Of a stretch of 64,000 bases of DNA, positions 45,804 through 56,176 are shown piece by piece. The stretch comes from Epithemia pelagica. Lineage: Eukaryota > Protista > Bacillariophyta. The stretch lies in NCBI GenBank assembly GCA_946965045.2, contig OX337229.1:1922001-1986000 (forward strand), in the 5' to 3' direction. The position numbers and the translations under genes are program-made. The notes under the pieces were generated by a model that saw nothing but the letters and a program-made list of their open reading frames with translations, made no database searches and was not told the DNA's origin. Positions within the stretch are counted from its first letter, which is position 1, and each line of letters starts with the position of its first letter.

Positions 45804-47634
45804 ATGAGAAGACACCAACGCCTAACGACAACTGGTAGTGGGTGGATGCCTCCATTGTTGTGTATCCTTCTCTTGTCGTTGTACCACACGAATCCCAACA
45901 AGGACCAGCACAACTCGTGGACGATTGGCACTTCTTCGCTATTGGTAGTGAACGCCTTTACACCGCCTCTCCCAATCATGGGAGTTGCTGCAGCAACCTC
46001 GTTGACAGATTCCCAACACCCATCACAATCCTCACCGTCACCAGCCTCCAGCAACAGCAACCGAAACACCTCTCCGATTCCTAGCATGACCATTTCTGGC
46101 AGTGTCTTGCGAGCAACGTCGATACCCAATGGAGGAGGAACAAGCTCTACAGACTCTCGACCCTTTAAACATATCATGGCCATTTTGTCTGTCCCTTCCA
46201 CCAGTATTGATCGGATTGCCAATGAAGCCATTTTGGAAACAGCCATTGCTCAAACGGACAAATTGTCGGTTGTGTTGCGATGCCAAGATACAGCGACGGG
46301 TGGTGGATTGCAGCCTTCTTTAGTATCCTTGCGTGGATATGTGGGTGAAATTTATAGTCAATTGTGGGATTTGGTCATGGATGAATTTCCAGGCCGTGGT
46401 GTGCCGAATGTAGTGGTCTATCCGCAAAATTTGCCCAACACGGCACCGGAAAGTTGGATTGACATTCAACCCGATTTGGATGGTGTGTGTACACACGATA
46501 GTTTGTGTGGATGGGTATCGGAAGAAGCCACCGGCCGGGGTGTGCAATTTTTGAAACGAGGTGGGGCCGGCAAGGGAGGATTGGTGGAACATGTGCAAGC
46601 CTTGAATGCCGAACGCGTGCGACGAAAGTTGCAACCCGTCGTGGCCTTGCCACCCCAACATTGGCCCATGGGGGCGCAAGTGACGTATCAAGATCGCGTT
46701 ATTTTCTTGGACGATGAACCCAATGCCAAGTCCAATATTCAACAAGCAGAGGATTTGGAAAATTCCTATTACGATTCGCTCTCCACCAATGGAGGTGCTT
46801 CTAGTGATGGTCCCGACAATCTGGGTACCAATACGTTTTTAGAGGGCAATGCCGGTGGCAAGGAAACAACTAGCTCATCCACAAGTTTGAATGGCTCGCC
46901 TTCATCCTCTTCCTCCTTTCTGGGCCCCATTTCTTCCGACAATCTGTTTGAATCCGTGGCTGTGGGAGGGACGTTTGATGGATTGCATTTTGGTCATCGC
47001 AAATTGTTAACCTTGGCCGTGTCGTCGGTGCAACCCATGACGGGGCGCTTGTTGGTGGGTGTAACCCAAGATGCCATGTTATCTCACAAGGCTGGAGCCA
47101 AGGAGATTATGCCCTATGATCAACGCGCTGCGTTGGTGCGAGACTTTTTGAAACGATTGGCACCCGGATGTCTCAAGTAAGTCATCATGTAGAGGAGTGT
47201 ACCTGCATTTTCATCGTTGATGTTTCGATGGTGCATGCTTGTTGGTGGTATTGTAACAGAAGAAAGAGTGAAAGGCGTTTGTGGCATCGTCTCACCTCGC
47301 TCTTTCTGCCTTTCCCTCTTATCAACAACCATTCCTTTCGTGCTCTGATTGTCCCAGTCGCATCAAAATCGTTCCGATTCAAGATCGATTTGGTCCACCA
47401 GGTCAACCGGACAAATTCTTTGATGCCTTGGTCCTGAGCCACGAAGTCTTGGAGACGGGATATCAACTCAACGAACATCGCAAACGAATCGGGTTGGATC
47501 CCTTGTATTTGCTTTGTACCCGAAGAACAGAAGCAAGGGGAATGAGCAGCACTGCCTTGCGACGAGCCAAAAGTCAAGCCACCACGGCGACAACTTCCCC
47601 GAATACGTCCAAACCCAGTCCTTCTGTGCCCTAA
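45804..47634 (+). CDS. Phosphopantetheine adenylyltransferase (eukaryotic CoaD/CAB4-type), organelle-type presequence (2 exons, about 549 aa)
   Basis: VAVGGTFDGLHFGHRKLL (HxGH), LLVGVT, IMPYDQRAALVRDFL, IQDRFGPP, DALVLSHEVLETG..LN, and MSSTALRR. Intron 47177-47357. The N-terminus is hydrophobic and ends in LLVVNA-F. Confidence 0.85.
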
Positions 47635-48421
47635 CAAGCATACATAGGACCATGAAATTGAATCGAGAGCAGAGCTTCTAGTGTAATGTAAGAGAGAGAG
47701 AGACGGCATCATTTGAACTCATTCGTTTTCGAAGATAAAGGGAGTTTGGGACATGAGTTGCGACCGTGCACTCCTTCCTTACACACCACCACATCGACTT
47801 GCAACAAGTACCGCCTCTGGGGGCACCGTAAAGTCGTGGTGGATTCCAAGCATCGATCTGGTCGTCATTGTGCAGCATTCTTCTTCACCTCCTACTGATG
47901 AAATCTGCAAAACGTTCCATACATTTTGACACCTACCAGAACAAATCTGGATGTAGACGACTTATCTACCATTCTTGTTACATATCTTTTCCTACTCCTA
48001 CCTTCGCTTTCGTTCACAAAACTAGTGTGTCGACAGAACAAGCATCCTGAGAAAGGCGCACATGTCTAGCTTGCAACACGCTTGATGATACGCAAGTACA
48101 TCAATCCGTTAGGGAGAGCGTCCCATTCGTTTTGTCCAAGACAGACATCAAGGCAATTCAAAGAGGGGTGGGGCTTTCGCTTCGCATCACCACAATTGTC
48201 GGTACTGCCAAATCTCGGTAGAATCTTCACAATGCCCGAAGTCGCCCTAGTGTGAACAGAAGTAGGGAAACTCGCCTTGCTGGTGGTTTCCTTCCTCCTA
48301 CTAAGTTTCATCCTCAACAGAAAAATGATACTATCTAGAACTATACCACGCTGCATCAACATCTAAAACCTTTACAACATGTGCCTTTCTTAAGCAAAGT
48401 TTGGATGCTTGATCCAACCAT

Positions 48422-49552
48422 CTACTTCCCATTCACTTGCTTGCTGTTGTTGGTTTTCTTCTTTTCATCGGGCCATCCCGATTGCAATCGCTCTTGCAGC
48501 AATTTTTCCTGTTCTTGGCGAAGCTGCGTTCGCGAGGTCAACCACTTTTCATCAGTTTCGGCCACTTTCCAGGCCTTTTTCTTTTCTTCCAGGGCCACCA
48601 TCATGGCCGCGACTTCTTCTTGCAGGGACGTCTTTTGAGTTTGCGTGGCTTGCAATCTTTGTTGCGCCATGCTCAAGTCGTCTTGGACGGCCTTTAAACA
48701 AGCCGTGGCACGACGTCGTCGACCCGCGGTGAGGGATTCCGTCGAGGGCGGCGTGACGGTAATTTTGTAACTCAATTGCTTTTCACGGATCCAACTGTAG
48801 GAGTTGGAGAACAAAAACTGAATGACACAGGGGACGGCCCCGACCAAAAACTTTTGCGTCAAGGGAGATTCCGACGAATCTAAACGACCCATTTCCTAGG
48901 CGTACGTAGACAAGAGGGTAAGGAGGTAGGTAGGGGATAAGCATCGGAGTATCACCACATCACCATCGATTCGGAAAACAGGGTCGGCAAGGAATCAGAT
49001 ATTTCAACATTTCAAAACGTCGGTTGATGAACATAAAATAAAACCATGACGACAAATAAATCACAAGGGTCCAACAAGAAGAATGGCAAAGATTCGTGTC
49101 AGGATTGAATTGGATCCCGCCATGTCTCCTAATTTTCAAAAGATTTCTCGTACCTTGACAATGGTAATACCATCGTCCCGTTCGGCCTGAATGGCAATAT
49201 CAATATCGTAATGCGCCAATTCAATGGAGTATTCCACAACCGATCCCGGAGTGCCGACATGAATGGGCAATTCCAACTTGCCACCAGCCGCCACGGGAAT
49301 CATGCGACCCACATAGACCGACTCTTTGCCTTCATAGGTAGCCAAGGAGGGACCATCCACAGCGGCCAACAAGGGTTCCGATGTCGTGGCATTCATGATG
49401 AAGTTGGAGGGACGAAAACTGGAATCGGCCGTCGCCTTGGCCTTGTCGACGGCTTGTGCCTCCATTTCTTCCACCGATGCCATCTTTTTGGGCACGGATC
49501 CTTCACCTCCCTCCGACGACGGTGCAGCTGGTTTTTCTGATTTTTCTGCCAT
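48422..49552 (-). CDS. GOLD-domain protein with C-terminal coiled coil (2 exons, about 290 aa)
   Basis: Intron 49153-48896 joins GGKLELPIHVGTPGSVVEYSIELAHYDIDIAI..IVK|EMGRL..VIQFLFSNSYSWIREKQLSYKITV, a GOLD-type beta-sandwich with the F.NxYSW motif. An alternative in-frame ATG lies at 49579. Confidence 0.8.
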
Positions 49553-49980
49553 GCTCAATATATGCGGCAGTGCGTGCATTTATGCAATCCGTTCCGACAA
49601 GAACGACAAGCGGACGAGTTGACGAGATCTTCTTGTTGTTGTGGAAGCCTGCGACCGTTGTTGCCCGCACCTTCACTTTTTTTGCCTTTTTGTAGAGCAA
49701 TGACCGGGAGGCAATAAAAACCCTGAGTCGCGGATTGAGTGGAATCGCGACCGCGTACAAAACGGAGTCGCATAATAAACGCCACGTGGAAGGCACGACT
49801 CGTGGTCAATTCGTGACTCGTGACTGTTTGTGCGTGACAGACGAAAGACGTGCGATTTTTGTGTGACACAAGACAACCAAGATTTGTGACCACGAACAAA
49901 ACAAAGACTGCCGACGACCATCCATCGATCTCTGGTGTATCATCGACTTTCCTTGCGTTCTTCTTGTTTGTTTGTCAAAG

Positions 49981-51285
49981 ATGAGCACGAACTCAACTAT
50001 CACATTAAAAGCTGGAGGAGAGCGAACTCTTGTTAAGGAATCGGAAGCACAAGAGATAGCAGATCGATTCAAACAAGAGTCTTCCAACACTGACGTCGTC
50101 GTGGGAACAGTCGATTTATCCTGTCGATCATGGCCTCGTGCATCGCTTGACTTATTACGACCCACCCTCGAACCCTTGGTGGCTACTGTCACACATTTGA
50201 AAATTGACGATATCATAGCCTCATTACCCACCGAGGCTGGACTTGAGAGTTTGGGATTCTTCGCAGAAGTCTTTGGATCATCCAAGGTTTTGAAAGACAT
50301 TAATTTGGCGGACAATGCCTTGGGATCCCGAGGTGATGTTGTCTTGGCTCCTCTCTTTCAACTGCAATCTCTGCAACGCTTGTCGATCGAAAATTGCGGA
50401 ATGAGCCGCGAAGTAGCCGAGTCCATGCTTCAAACTCTTTCTTCTTCGGCACCCAGATTGACTCATTTGTCCTTGGGACGAAACCAAATTGGAGCGGAAG
50501 GAGCCCCCAGTGTTGGAGATCTTTTGGCAACCTGTCCCAAACTACAAGTGCTGAATTACAATGGGTGTCGTCCCTTGAAAGCGGGAACGGCATCCCTTTT
50601 GGCGGGACTCGTCAACATGGTAAAAGGAGTAAAGGAGACCTCCCTATCGCATTTAAATCTCGAAGATTGCACCATTGGATCCGAGGACAATGGCGACGAT
50701 GAGAATGATGGTCCATTGACAAATTTACGGACAATCATTGCCAAAAGTCCCAAATTGGTGGAATTGAATCTACAAGATGGCGAACTTGGAGCATCCGGCT
50801 TACAAGTTGTCCTGGATGCTCTAAAGGAAAGTGGAGCCCAGCTGACCCATTTATCGTTGGGTGCCTGCGAACTTGGAGAAGAGGGTGCCGAAATCTTGGC
50901 TAGCACCATTTCGAATACCTCAATTTTGGACAAGCTGCAATTATTACGAATGGATACAAATGAGCTTGGAGACGATGGCGTTTCCACCTTGAGTCAAGCG
51001 TTGGGCGGCTCCAAGTCGTGCTGTGAGACACTCAAGAGTTTGGATCTAGGAGACAACGAAATTGCAAAATCGGGAGCAGTGGCATTGCTCAAGACCAAGA
51101 TTGCTTCGTTGGAGTCGTTGAATTTAATGGAAAATATGGATATTCCCCAAAAGGTCGGTGCCAAATTGGCAACACTGTACCCTAAGGTATCGATGGATGA
51201 TGATTTGGAAGAAGACGATGACGACGACGAGGAGGAAGACGAAGTGGATGATTTGGCCGCACAACTGGCAGGTGCCAAGATTTGA
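49981..51285 (+). CDS. RanGAP: Ran GTPase-activating protein (RanGAP; RI-type LRRs + acidic tail)
   Basis: VDLSCRSW, INLADNALGSRG, LSIENCGMS, LSLGRNQIGAEGA and further LxxLxLxxNxL repeats, followed by a poly-D/E tail. ATG at 49981. Confidence 0.8.
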   Translation: MSTNSTITLKAGGERTLVKESEAQEIADRFKQESSNTDVVVGTVDLSCRSWPRASLDLLRPTLEPLVATVTHLKIDDIIASLPTEAGLESLGFFAEVFGSSKVLKDINLADNALGSRGDVVLAPLFQLQSLQRLSIENCGMSREVAESMLQTLSSSAPRLTHLSLGRNQIGAEGAPSVGDLLATCPKLQVLNYNGCRPLKAGTASLLAGLVNMVKGVKETSLSHLNLEDCTIGSEDNGDDENDGPLTNLRTIIAKSPKLVELNLQDGELGASGLQVVLDALKESGAQLTHLSLGACELGEEGAEILASTISNTSILDKLQLLRMDTNELGDDGVSTLSQALGGSKSCCETLKSLDLGDNEIAKSGAVALLKTKIASLESLNLMENMDIPQKVGAKLATLYPKVSMDDDLEEDDDDDEEEDEVDDLAAQLAGAKI

Positions 51286-52344
51286 TATGGATGACTCGTG
51301 CGGTTCAGTCGAATAGGTGTCGGTAAATGTCGACGTAATAGAGACCTTAGAAATAGATGTGTTTGCTTCACAGCGCAATGCGAGAATGTCACCAAGTGAT
51401 CCTCTTTCCCATTGTCAGTCGTCCAATCAAAGTGTTGAAAATATCCAGCTAAGAACCTTCATATCCCAGATCCAAGCTTAAAGGATATCACTCGGAACCA
51501 CTTGTCCTCATCCCTGTTGCGTTGCTTGCAGAGATTGACCAGAGGCATCAAGGATCAAGGTGTCGAGTCCATCGAATAGAGTATAGAGTAGGAGTAGGAG
51601 TAGGAAGAGCTATGCCGCCTCACAAACTTGAGAGCACCTACCATAGCTAGCGAGTGAAATGGTCGCGGTTGTCGCAGTGTCTTTTTCAAAAACCGACATA
51701 GATGACGTCATCATCTCCCTTGTATGACGAGGCAACTGTTCGACGTCAGCAAAATCTGACCCATGTACAAATTATCGTATAGTGAAATGTGTAGTACTAG
51801 AAAGTCAATAGTTGACGATTCCAGGTGCGACAGTCCCGAAAGAATCTTTTCCATCGCAACGACGGAACATTATCTATGACGGAGTGTATAAGAGAAAGGA
51901 TTTTGAAAACGCTTGGGCGTGTCTGTGGGAGCCTGGCGAGATTCAAACACGTGTTGCCACTCCATGCGGTACCACAAAACCATGGCCGGCGAGTACCGAC
52001 ACCATTCGTTATTTATCAATGGAGAAAGAAAAACAGGAGTGGCTTTCTGCGAGGGAGAGAGGGATTTCCTCACACAAGCTTTGTGCCCATGTCCGTTCCG
52101 AAAAAGCAGCTGAAAATGCGCTAGGTCAGCATGGAACCAACGCAGAGAGCCCGTACGAGAGACGTTAGGGTATCCTTGCATCATCAGGAGAACAAAAAGA
52201 CCATTGGGTCGGTGCCAGCATTTTCCGAATGACGTGAACACACTGTTTTGAAAGACACCCTCAAATTTTTCTGGGAGGGAGCATCTACACATCCATCAAA
52301 ACAAAACAGAATACAGAATTATTACAAGAACGACGGAAAGCAAA

Positions 52345-53970
52345 ATGACAACGACCTCGACGACGACTTGTACAATGGCAGCAACGAGCCATTCCATGAG
52401 CACGGGATCCCACTTGGTTGTCTCTGCTCTCTATTTTCTTCTTCTTCTTGTGGGGATACCAGAAACTTTGGCTTGGGTGACTCACAATGCTCGAGCGTCG
52501 ACGAGAAGCCTGGCTGTGACGACAGGGACCAAAAAATATGGTGTCTCGGATCCAAGACTCGAAGGAAACGATGCAACTCGTTTGCTCATGAGCCGTGGTG
52601 GTGAAATGGATGGAGACCGGTACATGTCAGCCGTGAGATCGCTGCAAGAGTCCTTTTACCGCACGTCATCGTCGATTCCTCCTTGTTCGTTTGACTGGCA
52701 ACAAGACCCAGAACAGGGAGAAGAGACGGACACCTTGTTTGGACATGATGAAACCATGGTTGCCACCAAGGTTGAAACACCCACAGGTCAAGTTCGAAAT
52801 TTGCCCATTCTCACCTGGCCGTGGCATGAAGTACCTGGGCGCACCAATGTCTTGCACGTCCATGAAGGTGCCTACACTCACTTGATGGAAACCGTACTGA
52901 GATCCAATCCATCTTCTTCCTGGTACGTGGGCCATGTCTATCGTCAAGGCAAACCGACGGAACGCACACTGAAAAGCTGGCGTGAGGTGGGCGATGATGA
53001 AGAGGATGATACGGATTTCGACGACGACGACGACGACAGCAATACTGTCGTCTTGGGAACGTTGATGAAAATTACCGACTACCGTCGCCTTTCGGACGGC
53101 AGACTCATGGTTCTAGTCCAAGGTGTCGAACGATTTGTCGTGGACCAAGTTGTTCAAACAGCACCCTACTCCGTCGCCAATGTCCAGTTGTTGCCCGACG
53201 TGGTCTCCGAGATGGACCTGCCGTTTGTTGAGAGCAACAGCGGTAGCCGACTTGATACCATTACACAAGCCTTTGAGAAATGGCACGACTATGAATTTGA
53301 GCAAACGCAATTGCCCATCCCCAGTGGTCATGACAATAAGGATCAAGAGTATGTGGATGCCAGCCACATCCTGGGATCGGCCTTGACGAAAGTCATGCCC
53401 CATGCCATGTACTCCTCCGAAATTGATGTCGAACAGCTCAAGGCAGAACATGTTCCGAATGCCAGTTCAAGTCAGGAGGATGATGCCATGGAAGATCTCG
53501 ACTTGGATCAAGAGCTCTTGGACAGGGGTATCATGTCTTTGCCTTGGTTGGATCGGGATCTGCGTCTTCAGTCTTGCCGAGAGCTTGAATGGGAATTGTG
53601 GGTTTGGGTGGATGAGTATTTGAAGCGATCCAACGCCAAGTTGTCTCCCGCTCTCTTGGGACTGCTCCCTCCTGGAGAATTCTGGCCGGCTGCCTTTAGT
53701 CTGGAGCATTTGGCCGATGCCCTGGAACGCCAACAAGACAGCGATTCCAGCGAGAACAAGACTAAGAAACTGGTGCGAGTCTCGCCGCACTACCCAGCCT
53801 TGAGACGCCAACATCGTTTGTCCTATGCAGCCGCGACCCTCCTCGAAGACCAATGCGATGAGTTGCAGAGACAAGAGCTCCGACAAAAGCTCTTGGAAAT
53901 CCCATCCACGCAACAACGGTTGGGATTCCTCCTGCAAACATTCCGAGAAAAGTCCCAATCCTTTCAATAG
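52345..53970 (+). CDS. Stand-alone Lon protease substrate-binding (N-terminal/PUA-like) domain protein with plastid-type presequence
   Basis: NLPIL..HEVPGRTNVLHVHEGAYTHLM and GTLMKITDYRRLSDGRLMVLVQGVERFVVDQVVQTAPYSVANVQLLPD. No AAA+ or protease motifs. Hydrophobic LVVSALYFLLLLVGIPETLA-W. Confidence 0.75.
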   Translation: MTTTSTTTCTMAATSHSMSTGSHLVVSALYFLLLLVGIPETLAWVTHNARASTRSLAVTTGTKKYGVSDPRLEGNDATRLLMSRGGEMDGDRYMSAVRSLQESFYRTSSSIPPCSFDWQQDPEQGEETDTLFGHDETMVATKVETPTGQVRNLPILTWPWHEVPGRTNVLHVHEGAYTHLMETVLRSNPSSSWYVGHVYRQGKPTERTLKSWREVGDDEEDDTDFDDDDDDSNTVVLGTLMKITDYRRLSDGRLMVLVQGVERFVVDQVVQTAPYSVANVQLLPDVVSEMDLPFVESNSGSRLDTITQAFEKWHDYEFEQTQLPIPSGHDNKDQEYVDASHILGSALTKVMPHAMYSSEIDVEQLKAEHVPNASSSQEDDAMEDLDLDQELLDRGIMSLPWLDRDLRLQSCRELEWELWVWVDEYLKRSNAKLSPALLGLLPPGEFWPAAFSLEHLADALERQQDSDSSENKTKKLVRVSPHYPALRRQHRLSYAAATLLEDQCDELQRQELRQKLLEIPSTQQRLGFLLQTFREKSQSFQ

Positions 53971-54254
53971 AGAGCATTTCTTTATATCCAAAGGATCTGC
54001 GGCTTTCTGAAGGACTATGTTGGGAGATTTCTTGTTGTATCATTATCCATGCTATGTATTATGGATCAACTCCAGCATGATTCAAAGTGAGAATGCAATT
54101 GCGTGGGAGTTTTCCAGAACATGTGCTATATAAAATACGTAAACCTATTGTTACAAATACACCTGAAGTACTATGTAGAAAAACCATCATGGCGAGAGAT
54201 GTGACCGGCAAGAGGACCAAACATGTACGTGCATTCTAGTATAACCAAGGAATT

Positions 54255-55512
54255 TTATGAAGACTTGGATACTACCTCGTACGTTTCTTTCAACAAGGTC
54301 AAAAACGTTTGATTTTCTTCTGGAGTTCCGATTGTGACTCGGATGCACTCGGTACAGTGCATCTCTGTGCCACGATACCTTGTCACAACCGATGAGGTTG
54401 CATTGTCCGCCATGGCTTTGTACACTTGCAGTGCGTGCGATTTCAATTGAAACAACAAAAAGTTGGCATCCGACGGGTGAACCTGCGTCACAAAATCCAT
54501 TGCCGTCAAGGCTTGGACAACTTTGTTGCGTTCGTTCAAGGTTTGTTCAATATTGGATTTCAATACCGAGTCTGTATAATCCAGGGATTTGAGTGCCATT
54601 TGACTCGTCAATCCATTCACATTGTAGGGTGCCTTGACGTTATTCAGCAACTGAATTACGTCGGGACTGCCGAAACAAAATCCACACCGAATTGCTGCCA
54701 AGCCAAACGCCTTACTCATTGTTTGCAGAACCACAACGTTTGGATACTTAAGAATCAGTGACAGAGCAGTTCCATGCGTAGAATAGTCAACATAGGCCTC
54801 GTCAACGACTACAAGGACATCTTTCGCACTGGATACGACTGCTTCAATATCTGACAGAGGCAAGGCTTTTGAAGTTGGATTTCCAGGGGAACAAAGAAAC
54901 AACAGTTTGATGGACGGTGTGATGGCTTCAAGGATCTAAAGCAGGTGTATCGTGTTGAGTCAATTTATTACCATGCGAACACGGACAAACAGCGGTGCAG
55001 GGGACTCCCATTACGAAAAGATCTCACCAAGCAAGAGTCAAACTACTTACTTTTGGTACCTCCACGTCAAAGGTCGGAGTCAAGGGAACGGATACAATGG
55101 GAATGTCGTTCACCTTCGCACAAACCTTGTACATGCCATACGTCGGTGGAGTGATCAATATTTGATCCTCACCACCCGGACGACAAAATATTCGCATCAA
55201 CAAGTCAATTGCCTCATCGGATCCCACTCCGACAAACATGTGAGCGGGTGTGATACCGTCGACACCACGAAACTTGGCAAACTTTTCCTTCAAGGGAATT
55301 TGATAAGGGTCTGGGTACCGTTCCAATACAATATCATCTGCCGATCCTGAATCAGTTCGAGGAAGGGGAGGGCCGTACGCATTCTCGTTGGCATCCAATA
55401 AGATACCTTCACTGTAGTCGTCGCGCGCACATCGATACGGGTGCAATTCCAAAATATTCTTGCGGGCTAAACGAGCCGCAATGCCACTTCCATTGGACGA
55501 TGATGAACTCAT
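54255..55512 (-). CDS. hisC: Histidinol-phosphate aminotransferase (2 exons, about 380 aa)
   Basis: ILLDANENAYGP, ERYPDP, VGVGSDEAIDLL, PPTYGMY, CSPGNPT, VVVDEAYVDY and PLP-lysine QTMSKAFGLAAIRCG. Intron 55050-54936. Confidence 0.95.
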
Positions 55513-56176
55513 GACGTTTCTCTCCACTGGTGTGGTTGTGTTTCTTCAGCACAGGCGTACCAATGTGGGTTTGGTTGGTTTTGGTGTCCACTTCTTTTCG
55601 TCTTGTCTTCCTCCTCTGTCGTCGCAAAGAATATCCCTTGGTCGTTCGTACGTGTGTTTGTGGCCGATCGGCCGCAGTTGAGACGTGGATGTGGATGGGG
55701 GGGGACTAAAATTTTCACTGACCATCCATTGCGACAACCTAACGTTAAAGAAAAGATACTTTATGTGATGGGTATAAAAAAGGGGGAGGTTGGAGAATTG
55801 GAGGGAACCCACAAATCAACCAGAGGCCTCTCGCGTCAACCAACAAGGACAACAATAGACAACAAAAGGCCTGACAATGACAATGACAAAAACTATCATG
55901 TGGGAGTAGTATGTGTCTCGCACCTAATTGACCAAAGAATTGCTTCATCACCTTACATTAAATCCGTATCGAGGAGAGGTTTACTGGTGTTAGTGCCCGT
56001 GCCTCACATCGGCCCAACAACCAACTCTCCAACTACTCCTGTAGGAGACTTTTAACGCACAAAGCTACGGATATAGGGGTAGCTCTCTTAGCTTGATGCG
56101 TCTGATCTCATCATCATAAGGGATTCAGCATCAGAGGTCACTTTCTGCGATTTGGGACTTAGGACTGTCAACGACA

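Noticed and set aside
48066-48362. 98-aa ORF downstream of the GOLD gene
   Set aside because: No motifs; likely 3' UTR or intergenic sequence.
51812-52168. 118-aa ORF between RanGAP and the Lon-N gene
   Set aside because: Non-ATG start, overlapping short ORFs in several frames, and no motif.
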